Shown in pieces: positions 29,246-44,777 of a DNA stretch of 64,000 bases. Source of the stretch: Octopus vulgaris (taxonomy: Eukaryota); NCBI GenBank assembly GCA_951406725.2, contig OX597830.1, positions 63,798,001-63,862,000 on the forward strand, given 5' to 3'. Each line of letters begins with the position of its first letter. Position 1 is the first letter of the stretch. A program made the translations under genes and the position numbers. A model generated the notes under the pieces. That model was not told the DNA's origin and did no database searches. It saw only the letters and a program-made list of their open reading frames with translations.

Positions 29246-29640
29246 TTCCTCTCACATAACCTGCCTCTTCTTTCTCCTGCATTCTCTTTCAAATCGCCCA
29301 CTTTATCCGCCCCATCTCTCCCTTTTCTCATTCTCTTAGTATCACCATCTCTTTTTCTCTGATATGACTCTCTCTCTCTCTCCTTCCCCCTCACCCTCCT
29401 TCCACCTCTCTCATTCTCCCGCCATCACCGTTTATCTTTCTCACAAATCCCCCGCTCATCATCTCTCCATCCATTTCTCTCTCTCTCTCCGCCTCTGTCT
29501 CTAACTCTCTCTCTCTCATTCTCTCACCATCATCTTCTCCCTCTATTCCCCTCCGCCCTCTCTCTCTCTCTCTCTCTCTCTTTCCCTCATTTTCTTTTCC
29601 TCTCCCACTCTGTCCCCCCCCCCCCCCCAACTACCACCTC
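28620..29640. repeat. ~1 kb CT-rich polypyrimidine tract
   Basis: Direct reading; preceded by a GA/GATA-rich tract at 28250-28518. Confidence 0.9.
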
Positions 29641-29691
29641 CTTCATCCATCCACTCAATTCACATCAACAACCAGCAACGATCGGCTCCCA

Positions 29692-30159
29692 TATAAAACA
29701 GATCGACAGAATCTAAGCACGGTATATCGACTTAACTCCTCCATCTACATCTTCACTGACAAACGTTACAGATGTATATATAAACAGTCACATATCTCTC
29801 TCCACATATATATATATATATACATGTATATATACACACACATGTATACATCTACACACACAAACACGCACATAGCCATATAAAAGAAAGCCATATAGAT
29901 ATAGATATAGATATATATTTCTGCATATATATATATATTTATATATACATTCCCGTTCACATATAGACCTTTCAAAGACGCTTGAGTTATAACTTATTTA
30001 ACCTGGCTTCAGATTTCTCAAGCATATCCTGTACAGTAACATCGAACATTCAGTAAGAATTCCTAAGAAGATTCCTCGTAGTTTTCCGTCGGCGCCTCAT
30101 TATTCCTGCGACACGCGGCAAAACTTTTTTCAGAGACGTCACAAGTTTGTCAGGTAAGT
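29692..30159 (+). promoter_or_regulatory. Candidate distal promoter / non-coding exon ending in a strong splice donor
   Basis: TATAAAA at 29692-29698 directly after a ~1 kb CT-rich tract; CpG-containing unique sequence at 30040-30150; CRE-like AGACGTCA at 30134-30141; consensus donor CAG|GTAAGT at 30154. Confidence 0.4.
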
Positions 30160-30405
30160 TCATAGGTGTCGCCGATGTCGTCGTCGTTGTTGTTGTTGTT
30201 ACTTTTCTTATATGTATGGGGGACTTGTCTAACTATGCATATATATCGCTATGTGTGTGTATATGTAAATGTATGTGTATGTGTTTGTGCATGTGTTTGT
30301 GGAGAGGAAGAAAGAAAGAGAATTTAATCTCTTATGTACATAAGTACGCACGCACATATACAAATGTATATATATTGATAGATAGATACATATATATATA
30401 CATAC

Positions 30406-30483
<78 letters not shown>

Positions 30484-30564
30484 ATACATATACATACATA
30501 TTTACATACACACACATATATATATATACATACATGTTTATATATGCATACACACACACACACT

Positions 30565-30595
<31 letters not shown>

Positions 30596-30611
30596 CTTTA
30601 TACATATATAT

Positions 30612-30738
<127 letters not shown>

Positions 30739-31589
30739 TATACATACACATATGCATATATATATGTGTGTGTATATACATACATGTATATATGTATAAA
30801 TTAATATGTGTCATTCGTTAATCCCCATTATCTTTTCATTTATGTGTGTGTATTATACTTAAACAAGATTATTGAAAATAACTTCGAAGTTTCGGCTAGT
30901 TAAGCTGTCGTCAGATGTGTGTGTGTGTTTAGACACACGCATATGTGTGTGTGTATGCATGTGAACTAAATCATTTTTAACGGTAGAATTCAAAGTTGAT
31001 AAATCCATCCATCCACCCACCCATCCATCCATCCATCCATCCATCTATCCATTCATCCATCCATCCATCCATCCATCCACCCATCTAAATAGTATGTAGG
31101 ACACAGGGTTTAAAGAACGATTTATTTCATAGCTCTTGAAGTTTCGAGATTCTTACGGTACAAACAACACAAATCTCGCTGGTGGGAGCAACGTTTCTAA
31201 AATAGTCGAAGAAAAATTTGAAGAGTTGCTTTGGTATCATGGTAGAGCGTCTTTCATGTTAACAGAAAATGCAAGTTCGAATTCTGTGGGTAACCTCTGA
31301 CACTTGTTTTTCCCCATCCAAGGGATTTTCAATCGAATATTTACGTGCTATTTATTCATTTATGGATTTATATATTTCCAGTAACTCAGTTAAATACAGT
31401 TTATTCCATATTTGTTTCCAAGCATCCTGAATGTTCAGCTTCCCACGCCTATAGTTTAGGTTTAGGACATCTCTGTTACTATTCAGCACTTAATATTATT
31501 TTGCTTCGCAGCCAACGACGAAATCTTAGTTTTCTTTTTGATTGCCTAAATTATTACTGTCTTCATTTATTCTAAATTATTGTAAGTAG

Positions 31590-31663
<74 letters not shown>

Positions 31664-31801
31664 CATTATTATTATTATTATTACCAGTTGCATACTGGTG
31701 TCGATCTAATCGACTGGATCCCTCCCCAAAATTTCGGGCCTTGTGCCTAGAGTAGAAAAGATTATTATTATTATCATCATCATCATCATTATTATCATTA
31801 C

Positions 31802-31835
<34 letters not shown>

Positions 31836-31990
31836 CTAATTATAAGATAAATACCAGTTGAGTACTGGGATCGATGTAATCGACTTAACCCCTCCCCCCA
31901 AAATGCCATACCTTGTGCCTATAGTAGAAAGGATTATTATTATTATTATTATTATCATTATTGTTGTTGTTGTTGTTGTTGTTGTTGTGG

Positions 31991-32899
31991 AAGTGCGACG
32001 ACATTCTCGGGGAGACTCTGGGCGCCGACGAGAACGAACTGGCTAGTCTGTTCCGGACGACTTTCCGGTCAGGAACTATCATGGATAATTTCCGGATGTC
32101 CTTGACCTGGCAGTGCTACCGGGGGTGGCGGGTCGTTACCAGTTCGAGATAAACTCTACATGTACGGGTGTACTGTCAGACGGATTTGTCCGCGGTGGGC
32201 GCAGAGTGACGAAACCGTTCTGCGTGCCCTGTGTTCAGTGTCCGGACATTGCTGACTTGTGGGGTTATGTTGAACAGGTGCTGTCACGTGTGGGACGGAT
32301 CCGTCTGTCGGCCGAGTCCGTAGTGATGATCGCACCGCCGCCCTCCTTCAATCGGGCAGGCAAGGTAGTTTTCCTTTGCCTTGTGGCTGTGGCGAAAGAG
32401 GTTGCTTGATGGAAAAGGCTGAAAAGCATGAGGACAGATACATTCCTCTTTGGTAGAGCTCTCATTGACTTCTTCATGTTTCACTTGAAAAGGAAATTGA
32501 GAGTGAAGAGGGAAGTGCTGTCCTCGAGTGAGTTTATTGAAAGGTGGGTGAAGGTTGCGAAAATAGCAAGTGAGGATGGTACCTCTCTAAGTGTAGGCCT
32601 GTCGAAGAGAAGGAATTGGAGGGGGCACTTGCTCCTAGAGTTTCAGGGAAATCTCGGACGGTGGGGTTCCTCGATTATCACTAGAGACGTTCTTGTAACA
32701 GGAGGGCCGCATCTCTATCATACTCCCGGCCTTTTTTCTTTTTGTTTTTGTTACCTTTATATCCTATGCATATTATCCTTTTTTTTTTCAGTGTATACCG
32801 TGTATACTTTGATTTTTTATCATTTCATTATTATATGTAAACCCCAACACTTTACGTCTGTCGTTGTTCAGTGTCCTTCGCCCTTGTGGTAAATAAATG

Positions 32900-32940
<41 letters not shown>
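31991..32940 (+). mobile_element. 3' fragment of an L1/Tx1-type LINE with (ATC)n tail
   Basis: GC-richer coding-like fragments (SLTWQCYRG; ET....VQCPDIADLW; VFLCLVAVAKEV) resembling the C-terminal zinc-binding region of L1/Tx1 ORF2; 3'UTR with AATAAA then (ATC)n. Confidence 0.65.
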
Positions 32941-32942
<2 letters not shown>

Positions 32943-32967
32943 TATTATTATTGTTGTTGTTGTTTTA

Positions 32968-33830
32968 AGGCGGCGAGCTGGCAGAAACGTTAGCGCGCCG
33001 GACGAAATGCTGAGCGGTATTTCGTCTGCCGCTACGTTCTGAGTTCAAATTCCGCCGAGGTCGACTTTGCCCTTCATCCTTTCGGGGTCGATAAATTAAG
33101 TACCAGTTACGCACTGGGGTCGATGTAATCGACTTAATACCTATGTCTGTCCTTGTTTGTCCCCTCTATGTTTAGCCCATTGTGGGTAGTAAAGAAATAG
33201 GTATTTTGCCCGTCGCTTAGTTCTGAGTTGAAATGCCACTGGGGTCGACTTTGCCTTTCATCCTTCGGGGTCGATAAATCAAGAACCAGTCAAGTACAGG
33301 GGTCGATGTAATCGACTATCCCCGCTTCCCACAAATTCTAGACCTTGTGCCTTTAGTAGAAATGGTTATTATTATCATTAAGGCGGCGAGCTAACAGAAT
33401 CATTAGCAGCCGGTCAAAATGCTTAGTGACACTTCATCCGTATTTGAATTCTGAGTTCAAATTCCGCCGAGATTGACTTTGTCTTTCGTCATTTTAGATT
33501 GATAAATTAAATACCAGTTGAGCACTGGAGCCCATGTAGTCGACTTAGCTCTACTAAATTTGAGGCCTTGCGCCTATAGAAGAAAGGATTATTATTATTA
33601 CCATTATTGCTATTGTTGTTGTGAATGAGGCATCGGATAAAATTCTCTGCGGCATCTCTTTCGGCTTTATGATCTGGATTCAAATGTCGCCGATGTCGAC
33701 TTAGCCTTTCGTCCGTTGAGCTCGATAATGTAACTACCGTTACTTTAAGCGCTGCGGTTGATGTACTCGACTACCCTCCCTTCCGACCAAGAGTTCAGGC
33801 TTTGTGACTGTTCTAGGAAAGGATTATTGT
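32968..33830 (+). mobile_element. Cluster of tandem tRNA-derived SINE copies
   Basis: Four successive copies of the gagttcaaattccgccgaggtcgac family, increasingly diverged. Confidence 0.8.
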
Positions 33831-33854
33831 TATTCTTGTAATCATAAGCTAAAA

Positions 33855-34438
<584 letters not shown>

Positions 34439-34454
34439 GTATATATACAATAAA

Positions 34455-34513
<59 letters not shown>

Positions 34514-34775
34514 GCGTGTGTGTGTATGCAATATATACAATATATACTGTATGTAGTAAACATATATATGTATATATAAATATATATATACGTGAACACA
34601 CGCCTATGTATACATACACGTAGAAATACATACATAGAATCACACACACACACACATGCACTCACACACATATGTATATATATATATATATATGCATCTA
34701 TGTATTTCTCCATGTGTGTATACATAGGTATGTGTTCACATATGTATATTTAAATATACATAAGTTTATATAAAG

Positions 34776-35098
34776 GGTAAAGACCCCCTTCGGCCATGAT
34801 GACCATGGGATTGCACCTAGAAAGTTACCCTCCTAGACACAAGTCCGGGCAAGGTTGTTTTATGGAAGACCAGCAGTCGCCCATGCATACCAGCCTCCCC
34901 TCTCCACGCCACCAGTGTTATCCAAGGGAAAGACAAAGGTCGATACAGCTTGGCACCAGTGACGTCGCAACTCATTTCTACAGCTGAGTGAACTGGAGCA
35001 ACGTGAAATAAAGTGCCTTGCTCAAGAACACAAACACGCAGCCAGGTCCGGGATTCGAGCTCACAACCTCACGATCGTAAGCTTGACGCTCTAACCAC
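34776..35098 (-). mobile_element. tRNA-derived SINE
   Basis: tggttagagcg...tcgaatccc tRNA-like head; gttgctccagttcactcagctg segment shared with 3015-3305 and 10509-10758. Confidence 0.75.
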
Positions 35099-35655
35099 AT
35101 ATCGTATATATGACATACGTGAATATATATACATACATAGATGTATATGTATGTATGTTTGTATGTAAGTATTATGAATATATACCCACACATAAATACA
35201 ATCGGCCAGATAGCATTCTATGGGGTAAGGAGCAAAACTCAAGCACTATTGTAGAGGTAAGCTGTTCTATGGATGTCAAAATTTGAAGAATTCGGAAAAG
35301 ATCAAGGAAGAACTTATGAGAAACGTTCAGCTCTTTTATCTAAGCGATAGATTTGTTTGTGCTTATTATGGTAAATACACTGAACTATGCAATAGCAGAT
35401 TTGTATAAAAGACTAGAAATGCTGGGAATCTCAAAGAAAAAGAAAAATACTGATGGGCTTTCTCCAAATACTGTTAATTCCAGGGATTCTCTATTTGAGG
35501 TTCCTGGGCTGAACATAAACACAGACATATAATGCCCCATACACTTGTGTATATAATTATATGTACACACACTATGTCAAAACTAGTTATTCGACATACA
35601 TACATATACATATATATGTGTGTGTGTGTATGTATGTATGTATGTATATATGTAT

Positions 35656-35715
<60 letters not shown>

Positions 35716-36041
35716 ATCCAAACATGAAGTCACAAAGAGAAAACACAACAACGCGAGGACGTCGAACAAGTATAGTGTTATTGGATGCTCTGGAAAGGAA
35801 AGAAACAAGGAGGATTTAACGTAGGTAGGAGAGGTGCAGTCGGAGAGTAAATGTCCAAACGAGAATCCGTAAAGCCACTACACACATTTTTCCTCTCCTT
35901 GTTTTTTTCTGTGTCCCTTTCTGTAGAAGAGCATAGGCTTGAAACGTAAAAGACTTTTTTCTATTCCTGAGCGTTATACTAATACATCTGTTTGTTTTGT
36001 ATACCACCTGTCTTCGTCTTTTATTTTTTTCGTAAACTGTC

Positions 36042-36138
<97 letters not shown>

Positions 36139-36312
36139 ATGTGTATGTATGTTTTCCTTTGGGATATTTTAAAGTCGTTTTACCCATTCATTGAAATCAA
36201 GCCTTGTTACTAACAAAGTCACAAGATTTTAGTTTTAGTGAAAACAGCCCTTAGGTTTACATGGAAACGTGAATCAAGGTTGGCGTGAGCATATGTGAAT
36301 TAGTATATATAC

Positions 36313-36382
<70 letters not shown>

Positions 36383-36789
36383 ATGTGCGTGTGTGTGCAA
36401 CAGCGAAAAAGGGCCGCAAAACGAAAAAACAATTGTTCTGCGTTTTGCGGCTCTTAGCAATAAATGGTATCAAGAAAGCGTTTAGAATTCGCCGTACGCC
36501 AAACAATATGACTTTAATCTCAAGAACAAAAGTGAAAGGAAGTTCTAAACTCAAGGATAGCTAAATAACTGTGTTTAATTGTTTTTCTATTGATTTTAAA
36601 TTAATCTTTTCAAATTATACGATTCCCAGAAGCATAAGCCATCTGGATATCCTTTCGCGCATAAAGCACTGTGTCAGTGCATTTGTACCCACGCGTACCT
36701 GTTTGAACTTACCTGCTGTGGACAGGTGCATTAACTATATCAACACGATAGCTTAATTTGCATACCTGTGCCTTGATTGCTCGTTGTTA

Positions 36790-37016
36790 TCTTTTACTCT
36801 TTTACTTGCTTCAGTCATTTGACTGTGGCCATGCTGGAGCACCGCCTTTAGTCGAGCGAATCGACCCCAGGACTTATTCTAAGCCTAGTACTTATTCTAT
36901 CGGTCTCTTTTGCCGAACCGCTAAGTTACGGGACGTAAACACACCAGCATCAGTTGTCAAGGATGTTGGGGGGAGTACAAACACAGACACACAAACATAC
37001 ACACATAAACGTGCCG

Positions 37017-37087
<71 letters not shown>

Positions 37088-37250
37088 CATATATACGACG
37101 GGCTTCTTTCAGTCTCCGTCTACCAAATCCACTCACAATGCTTTAATCGGCCCGAGCTATAGTAGAAGACACTTGCCCAAGGTGCCACGCAGTGAATGTG
37201 AACTCGGAACCATGCGGTTGGTAAGCAAGTTACTTACAGCCGCTCCTACG
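36790..37250 (-). mobile_element. CORE-like SINE copy
   Basis: Same family as 39590-40048. Confidence 0.85.
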
Positions 37251-37382
37251 TCTATCATATTAATCATATTAATTACACAATATATATTTTATTCACAACA
37301 GCGAGAATCCCAACTGAGTATATACATACGTGCATACATACATACATACATACATACATACATACATACATACATACATACA

Positions 37383-37413
<31 letters not shown>

Positions 37414-37721
37414 GATGGCTGTCCCCTCGTTATTAACTGTTATTGGTGCTGTGATCGAATGTGACTTTTATTTGTTTTTTAAGGCTACAGCCAGCCATTC
37501 AGTTGAGACTCACAGCACCATCAACAATCATGAACAATGTTGTTATCGTGCAATGCCTGTGCAAGAAGATTTTTTTAAAGTGAGGAAAGGCTGTGCACTG
37601 AGTCAATCCCACTCACTAAGCAACAGCAGCCATAATCCGAAAAGAAGAACAAGTCAACATCATCGATAACCACTGAGCCGCAGGTTTTATGTCGGAGTTA
37701 TCCCAGTTACATGAGTTACCT

Positions 37722-37951
37722 ATTTCTTTACTACCCACAAGGGGCTAAACACAGAGCAGACAAACAAGGACAAACAAACGGATTAAGTCGATTACATCGA
37801 CCCCAGTGTGTAACTGGTACTTAATTTATCGACCCCGAAAGGATGAAAGGAAAAGTCGACCTCGGAGGAATTTGAACTCAGAACGTAGCGGCAGACGAAA
37901 TACGGCTACGCATTTCACCCGGCGTGCTAACGATTCTGCCAGCTCGCCGCC
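37722..37951 (-). mobile_element. tRNA-derived SINE with TSD
   Basis: Full copy flanked by tgagttacct at 37712-37721 and 37952-37961. Confidence 0.88.
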
Positions 37952-38347
37952 TGAGTTACCTTCTCCTAGAAGGATGCCCTAACAAAGGCTAGGAGTCCCT
38001 CACTCCCAATGGTTTAACCGCGTGATCGGGTATTCAGTCCGATTATTTCTATGTCCCCGCGCATGATACAGCCTTAAGCCTTAAAAGAAAGAAAAAACAC
38101 ATTTATCGGATGGCCGTTGACTCTCAAGAGTTCCTCCGCCATTTGACATGTTTTGTTTTTCATCCCGCAGGGTGTCCAATAATCACCCTCCTCACTAAGC
38201 AAGCTTGGTGGAGTTGCCGACCATGCGACAGTTTGTACTGGGTTACATGTTACCAGTAGCACTCGAAAGTGATCTGACATACATACATACATACATACAT
38301 GCATGCATACATACATACATACATACATACATACATACATACATACA

Positions 38348-38378
<31 letters not shown>

Positions 38379-38817
38379 GTGTATGTGTGTTTGTATTATT
38401 ACTTTTTATCTTTTATTTTTCGCTTGGTTCAGTTAACAAACTGCGGTCATGCTGGGGCACCACCTCGAAGAATTTTTAATCGAATGAATCGACTTATTCG
38501 TTTTAGTGCCTGGTACGTACTCTATCGGTGTCTTTTGTCGATCCACTAAGTTACGCGGACATAAACACGCCGACATCTGTTGTCAAGCAGTGGTGAAGAA
38601 CAAACACAGACACCCACCCACTCGCACACACATACCTACATACAACACACACACCTACATACATATATTTATTTATAGATGGGCTTCTTTCAGTTTCCGA
38701 CTAATAAATCCACTCACAAGGTTTTGGACGGCCGAAGCTAGTGTAAAAGACACTTGCCCAAGGTACCACGCAGTGGGGCTGAACCCGAAACCGTGTAATT
38801 GGGATGTGTGTACATAT

Positions 38818-39540
38818 ACAGGGTGTTCGGCCTAAGTCTGACAGTTTGCGTAAAAGGGGGAAAAACACAATATCCCATTCAAAAATGAAAGTATTCAAAC
38901 AATATATGAACAAGATTATGGCTTACTCGTAAGTAGTCGCCCTCAGCTTCAACCTCAGCCACAAGACAGCTCCGGAACCTGGCGCATGCGTTCTTCACGG
39001 TGTCTTTAAGGTCTTCGAACACTTCCTCGATCTCGGCCACTAAGTCGGCCTTTGTACTGCTGTTCAGAACAGATATTCTGAACACAAGGATAGCTAAATA
39101 ACTGTGTTTCTCAACCGCGCCCCTCACAGTAATCCATGAATTTACAATCGAGAGAATTAGGAGGCCAGTAACTGGGGCTGGTGAAGTCGTAGAAATTCTC
39201 CGACAACACTTTGGACTATTTCCAGAGGTATGGCGAGGAACCGTATCCTGCTACCACACATATAGGCTTCCAGCAGACACCCTCTCCGGCCAGGGTTTCA
39301 CCACAGTCTCTAGTAGTTTTGCAAAGCCGTATGAGTTGGGCCTAAGACCCTGTTCAGAGAAGTAAGGATGAATACCACAGCCTGAACGCCTGATGTGTCC
39401 CTTTCTGTTGGCCACTGTTTCGTAGTCTCCGCTGCAGCAGTCCATGTCATGTCTCACATATTTTACAGTGTTCACAGACCATTGAACAGCAGTCATGATG
39501 TCGGCATTTCGACAATCGACGCCAATCATCATGATATAGG
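38818..39540 (-). mobile_element. Tc1/maT-like DNA transposon remnant
   Basis: TA|CAGGGTG terminus at 38818; minus-strand fragments WPPNS.D...MDY and NACARFRSCLVAEVEAEGDY typical of Tc1-mariner transposase C-termini. Confidence 0.7.
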
Positions 39541-39589
39541 TAATTCTTTAAGAATATTCAAATGACTTCCAGTCTTCCAAGTCACTGTT

Positions 39590-39807
39590 TTACTCTTTTA
39601 CCCTTTTACTTGTTTCAGTCATTTGACTGTGGCCATGCTGAAGCACCGCCTTTAGTCGAGCAAATTCGACCCCAGGACTTATTCTTTGTAAGCCTAGTAC
39701 TTATTCTATCGGTCTCTTTTTGCCCAACCGCTAAGTTACGGGGATAAACACACCAGCATCGGTTGTCAAGCGATGTTAGAGGAACAAACACAGACACACA
39801 AACATAT

Positions 39808-39873
<66 letters not shown>

Positions 39874-40048
39874 ACATATACACGACGGGCTTCTTTCAGT
39901 TTCCGTCTACCAAATCTACTTACAAGGCTTTGGTCGGCCCGTGGCTATAGTAGAAGACACTTGCCCAAGGTGCCACACAGTGGGACTGAACCTGGCACCA
40001 TGTGGTTGGTAAGCAAGCTACTTACCACACAGCCACTCCTACGCCTAT
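39590..40048 (-). mobile_element. CORE-domain-like tRNA-derived SINE with internal microsatellite (octopus OR-type)
   Basis: Head aggcgtaggagtggctgtgtggtaag, B-box ggttcagtccc, CORE-like caccttgggcaagtgtctt, internal (TA)n(TG)n, tail ending cagtcaaatgactgaaacaagtaaaa. Confidence 0.85.
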
Positions 40049-40494
40049 CAGTTAACTTTTTCTCAACTACAACCTTAATGTTTATGCTCTCCGACGCCGT
40101 TGACTGTTCACCAATACATCCAGCTGTTCCTGTAAAAAAGAAGACATAAAAAGATCAACATCTTGGCCCGAAGACTTTGTGTGCGTGTATACACACACAC
40201 ACACACACCACACATATTAGGAGAACCGAAAAGTAATATCGTATTTCATGTAATGAGTATAAACAAGCATAAATCATATCGTAAACGTATTTATTCCTTC
40301 AAAATACAACTATCATCATTAGAAATAACATTTTCCCGCCAAGGAACCACCATTCTCATTCCTCAGGCAGTCGACTTTACCTTTCATCCTTCCGGGGTCG
40401 ATAATTTAAATATCAGTTGCGTACTGGGATCGATCTAATCGTCTGGCCCCCTCACCACAAAACTTCGGGCCTTCTGCCTAGAGTAGAAAAAAAA

Positions 40495-40988
40495 TCAGAT
40501 TCTTTAGAAGAGAAAAATGTTTGGAGTGTCGTGATGACATCGTCCCTGCTTCTGAATGTTTCCCCACCGGTAAAGTGTTCAAGTGACCTGAAATGGATAG
40601 TCTATGCCAATGGTTCGCAAACTGGGGTCCGTAAAGGTAGTACTGGGGGTGCGTGAACTAAATTTAAAATTTCCTATATCCAGCTATCCATAAACTACTG
40701 TTGGAAACCGCTGGTCTATGTCAACAATAAGTACATGAAGCAGTAAATATCGCCAAATAAAGATCCAGGTCCAACATACTCCCAAAGAAGATTTTGCTGT
40801 ACGTCTCTTGGAATACAATCGGTATTGTTCCTGGCGGATCTTTGGGGCAGAACTTAAACGTATAGAAAAACAACCACTTCTACGATCCCAAACATGGAGT
40901 CATTCTGTAACATGATAATGCCAGACGATATTCAGTAGGGATGATGTCGAGAGGACACTCCAAACATTTTCTCTTCTAAAACACCTGA
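40495..40988. mobile_element. MITE with ~60-bp terminal inverted repeats
   Basis: tttagaagagaaaaatgtttggagtgtc...gacatcgtccct versus agggatgatgtc...gacactccaaacattttctcttctaaa. Confidence 0.75.
40608..40713. mobile_element. hAT/Charlie-like mini-MITE nested in the MITE above
   Basis: Termini caatggttcgcaaa / ttggaaaccgctg; 8-bp TSD gtctatgc (40600-07) / gtctatgt (40714-21). Confidence 0.75.
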
Positions 40989-41135
40989 CTTTTTTTCTTC
41001 TTTGCCCGAGGAAATCTTCAGAAAACTAGTTTCGTGGTAGGAAAATGTTCTTGCTAACGATAGCGATTATATTTTGATAAGTTTTTATACTGATTTGAAC
41101 TCATTAAATGAAATGCGACATTACTTTTCGGTAAC

Positions 41136-41452
41136 TTTCTTTTCTTTTCTCGCCCTTTTCAAGTCTGGCCAGGCTCATGGGCCCGGTTTCCCGGTTTCTG
41201 TGGCGTATGTGTTTCCCCCCAGTTGAACGAGACGCCATTCCTTCGCAGCGTTACTCAAGAAACAGGAAGAGAGAGAGTAAGAGAAAGTTGTGGCGAAAGA
41301 GTACGAAAGAACTCGCCACCACCCGCTGCCGAAGCGTCGTGGAACTTTTAAGGTGTTTTCGCTCAATAAATACACACAACGCCCGGCCTGGGAATCGAAA
41401 CCGCGATCCCCCGACCACGAATCTCTAACCACCTCTGGGCCATTGCGCCTCC
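41136..41452 (-). mobile_element. tRNA-derived SINE with V-domain-like tail
   Basis: Head as at 46998; TSD acttttc(g/a)gtaac at 41123-41135 and 41453-41465. Confidence 0.8.
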
Positions 41453-41702
41453 ACTTTTCAGTAACAGTTATATATATATATATATATATATATAATCTTT
41501 TATATTATTATTATCATTATTGAGATAATAAGGCGTAGGAGTGGCTATTATTATTATTATGGTATTGAGATAAGACGTGACACCTTGGGCGAGTGTCTTG
41601 TGGTGCCAACCAAAGCATATATATAAAATAAACAAGCGACACACTCGCACATACACACAAACACGTATGTATGTGTGTGTGTATGTATGTGTGTGCGTGT
41701 GT

Positions 41703-41744
<42 letters not shown>

Positions 41745-42839
41745 AACAAGCGACACACACGCATATACACACAAACACGTATGTATGTATGTATGTATGT
41801 ATGTATGTATTAGTATGCTTGTTGTAGACCTGTATGTACGCGTATGCAAGTATCCGTGTACAAAACTTAGCTAAGTACAGTTTGCGGCATAAATACATCC
41901 TCTATTTTGCACAGATACTGGTGTGGAACTATTGAAGTAAGACATATGATAATGGTGTTTCTATATATCTTATAGGTTGCTGTTATTGCTATTAAGTTAC
42001 TACAGTGATTTGAACCCGTGTTTACTGTGTCTCTTGTTGAAAATTTTATCAAGAATGGCAAACGTGGGAAGCCTTTTTGCCGCACCTTCTGTTTCTATGT
42101 ATATGTAGTATACTTGGATTTGTGTAATGCCGTATGCATTATGCACGTGTATGCGTACGTACGTTCGTATGTATGTATGTATGTATGTATGTATGTATGT
42201 ATGTATGTATGTATGTATGTATGTATGTATGTATGTATGTATGTATGTATGTATGTATGTATGTATGTATGTACGTACGTTCGTATGTATGTATGTATGT
42301 ATGTATGTATGTATGTATGTATGTATGTATGTATGCATGCATGTATGTATGTATGTATGTATGTTAAATCATATATCTATATGTGTGTATGTATGTATGT
42401 TAAATCATATATTTACATATGTGTAGGTATGCCTCATGTATGCATTTGTGAATATACCATACATGTATGTATATATGTATTTATAAGTACGCCGTATATG
42501 TTATATTTGTGCATGCACGTATGGGATAATGCATATGAAAGACACTCCTCAGAGTCAAAGGTGTCAAAATAATATTTAGCCACCTCCCTCTTTCCTGAGA
42601 CAAGAGACACCGCCCCCTCCCATGAGGGAATCAACATAATATACATCAAAAGTGCCACACCCATGCCACACCCATAAAATCGGAATAGTGCATCGCTCTC
42701 CTCCATCACCTTTTAGCTATGTTCGCGCCTTTATGAATATATTATAGATATGAACATATAATGCATTCATGTATACATCATAAATATACATTTGGTAGAA
42801 TATTATGACAACAATGTGTATCACACACGCACCTACACA

Positions 42840-42896
<57 letters not shown>

Positions 42897-43117
42897 TTTT
42901 TATCTCTTACTTGTTGCGGTCAATGGACTGCAGCCACTCCAGGGCATCGTCTCCACGAATTTTTGTTAAACGAATCAAGCCTGGTACTTTTATTTTTTAA
43001 CCCTGGACTTACACTGTCGTTCTCTTTTGTCATGCCGCTAAGTCACGGTGACGTAAACAAACCAACACGGTAATGTAAAAAAGCCAACACAATGACACAC
43101 GCAGACACTATGTATCT

Positions 43118-43551
43118 CTTTTACTCTTTTATTTGTTTCAGTCATTTGACTGTGGCCATGCTGGAGCACCGCCTTTAGTCGAGCCCAGGACTTATTCTTT
43201 GTAAGCCTAGTGCTTATTCTATCGGTCTCTTTTGCCGAACCGCTAAGTTACGGGGACGTAAACACACCAGCATCGGTTGTCAATCGATGTTGGGGGGACA
43301 AACACAGACACACGAACGTATACACACACACACACACACACACGCACACACACAGACACAGACACAGACACACACACACACACATATATACGACGAGCTT
43401 CTTTCAGTTTCCGAATACCAAATCCACTCACAAGGCTTTGGTCGGTCCGAGGCTATAGTGGAAGACATTTGCCCAAGGTGCCACGCAGTGGGACGGAACC
43501 CAGAACCATGTGGTTCGTAAGCAAGCTACTTACCACACATCCACTCCTACG
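43118..43551 (-). mobile_element. CORE-like SINE copy
   Basis: Same family; further copies at ~5120-5597(-), 38410-38800(-), 45915-46327(-) and 46360-47125(-). Confidence 0.85.
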
Positions 43552-44046
43552 CAGAATTTTGGAGGGAAAATTTACGGATTCAATCGTCTACTTAGTTTTA
43601 GCATGTGCTCACTTCCCCCCACTATTTGATGACGCCTGGTCAAAAGTGGTGGCTGGCGGCATTTGATAAATCTAACGAAGATGGTGCTGAAGAAAGACAT
43701 AAGGCAATTTCTCGCCTACGATCTAGAAACATGTTTACCATTAACGGTAAGGCATTGTTTTCGTTTATTTACTCCTCCTATTTTGCGTATGTGAATTGCA
43801 AGGTTATGTCGTATATGGAGCCCCCACTTGTAGAAAATGGAAATAAACAGTCACTGACTGCTATTTCTAATTCTTTCGGTATGCGGCAGAGCAACCTGTT
43901 GCCTGCCCTTTTACTTATATACTATATATACTGAACTCCACAGAAGTTCCCGACACTAAAGGTCATATTTACATACCGAAATCTACCGGTAAATAATTGT
44001 TGGTTGTCTGAAAAACCATCGAAATAATTATTTACCCTTTTATTAT

Positions 44047-44105
<59 letters not shown>

Positions 44106-44212
44106 CATATATATATATATAGATAATATTTGTATGTATAGATGTCTATACACCTACGTGTATATGAGGACGAAGTTGCGTGCACATACACATACATACA
44201 TACATACATACA

Positions 44213-44293
<81 letters not shown>

Positions 44294-44688
44294 GGAGTGA
44301 GAGATAGATAGATAGATATACATGTGTGCGTGTTTGTGTGTGTGTGGATATGTGTATGAGTACGTCAATGCACATATATGTTTGTGTGTGTATGGGCATG
44401 TACATATGCATGTTTGTGTGAGTGTGTAGGTATGTAGACGTTATGAACGCAGGAGGTTTTATGTCTGTTTCTTACGAGAACATGGTTGCCTGTATTTTTT
44501 ATCCTTTATATTTTTTTATCTATTCGAGTAACTTCCCCTTTTATTCAACGGTTTTTTATAGCGTCTATTGCCATTAATAGCCGACGAGAATGCATCATAG
44601 CTCTTAGCTCCGGTATTTGAAACGCTGAGTACTCTTATGATAACTTACTGATTATCCTAAACTATACATACCCACACATATATATACA

Positions 44689-44777
<89 letters not shown>

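Noticed and set aside
41618-41790. ~55-bp direct duplication
   Set aside because: Local slippage between microsatellites.
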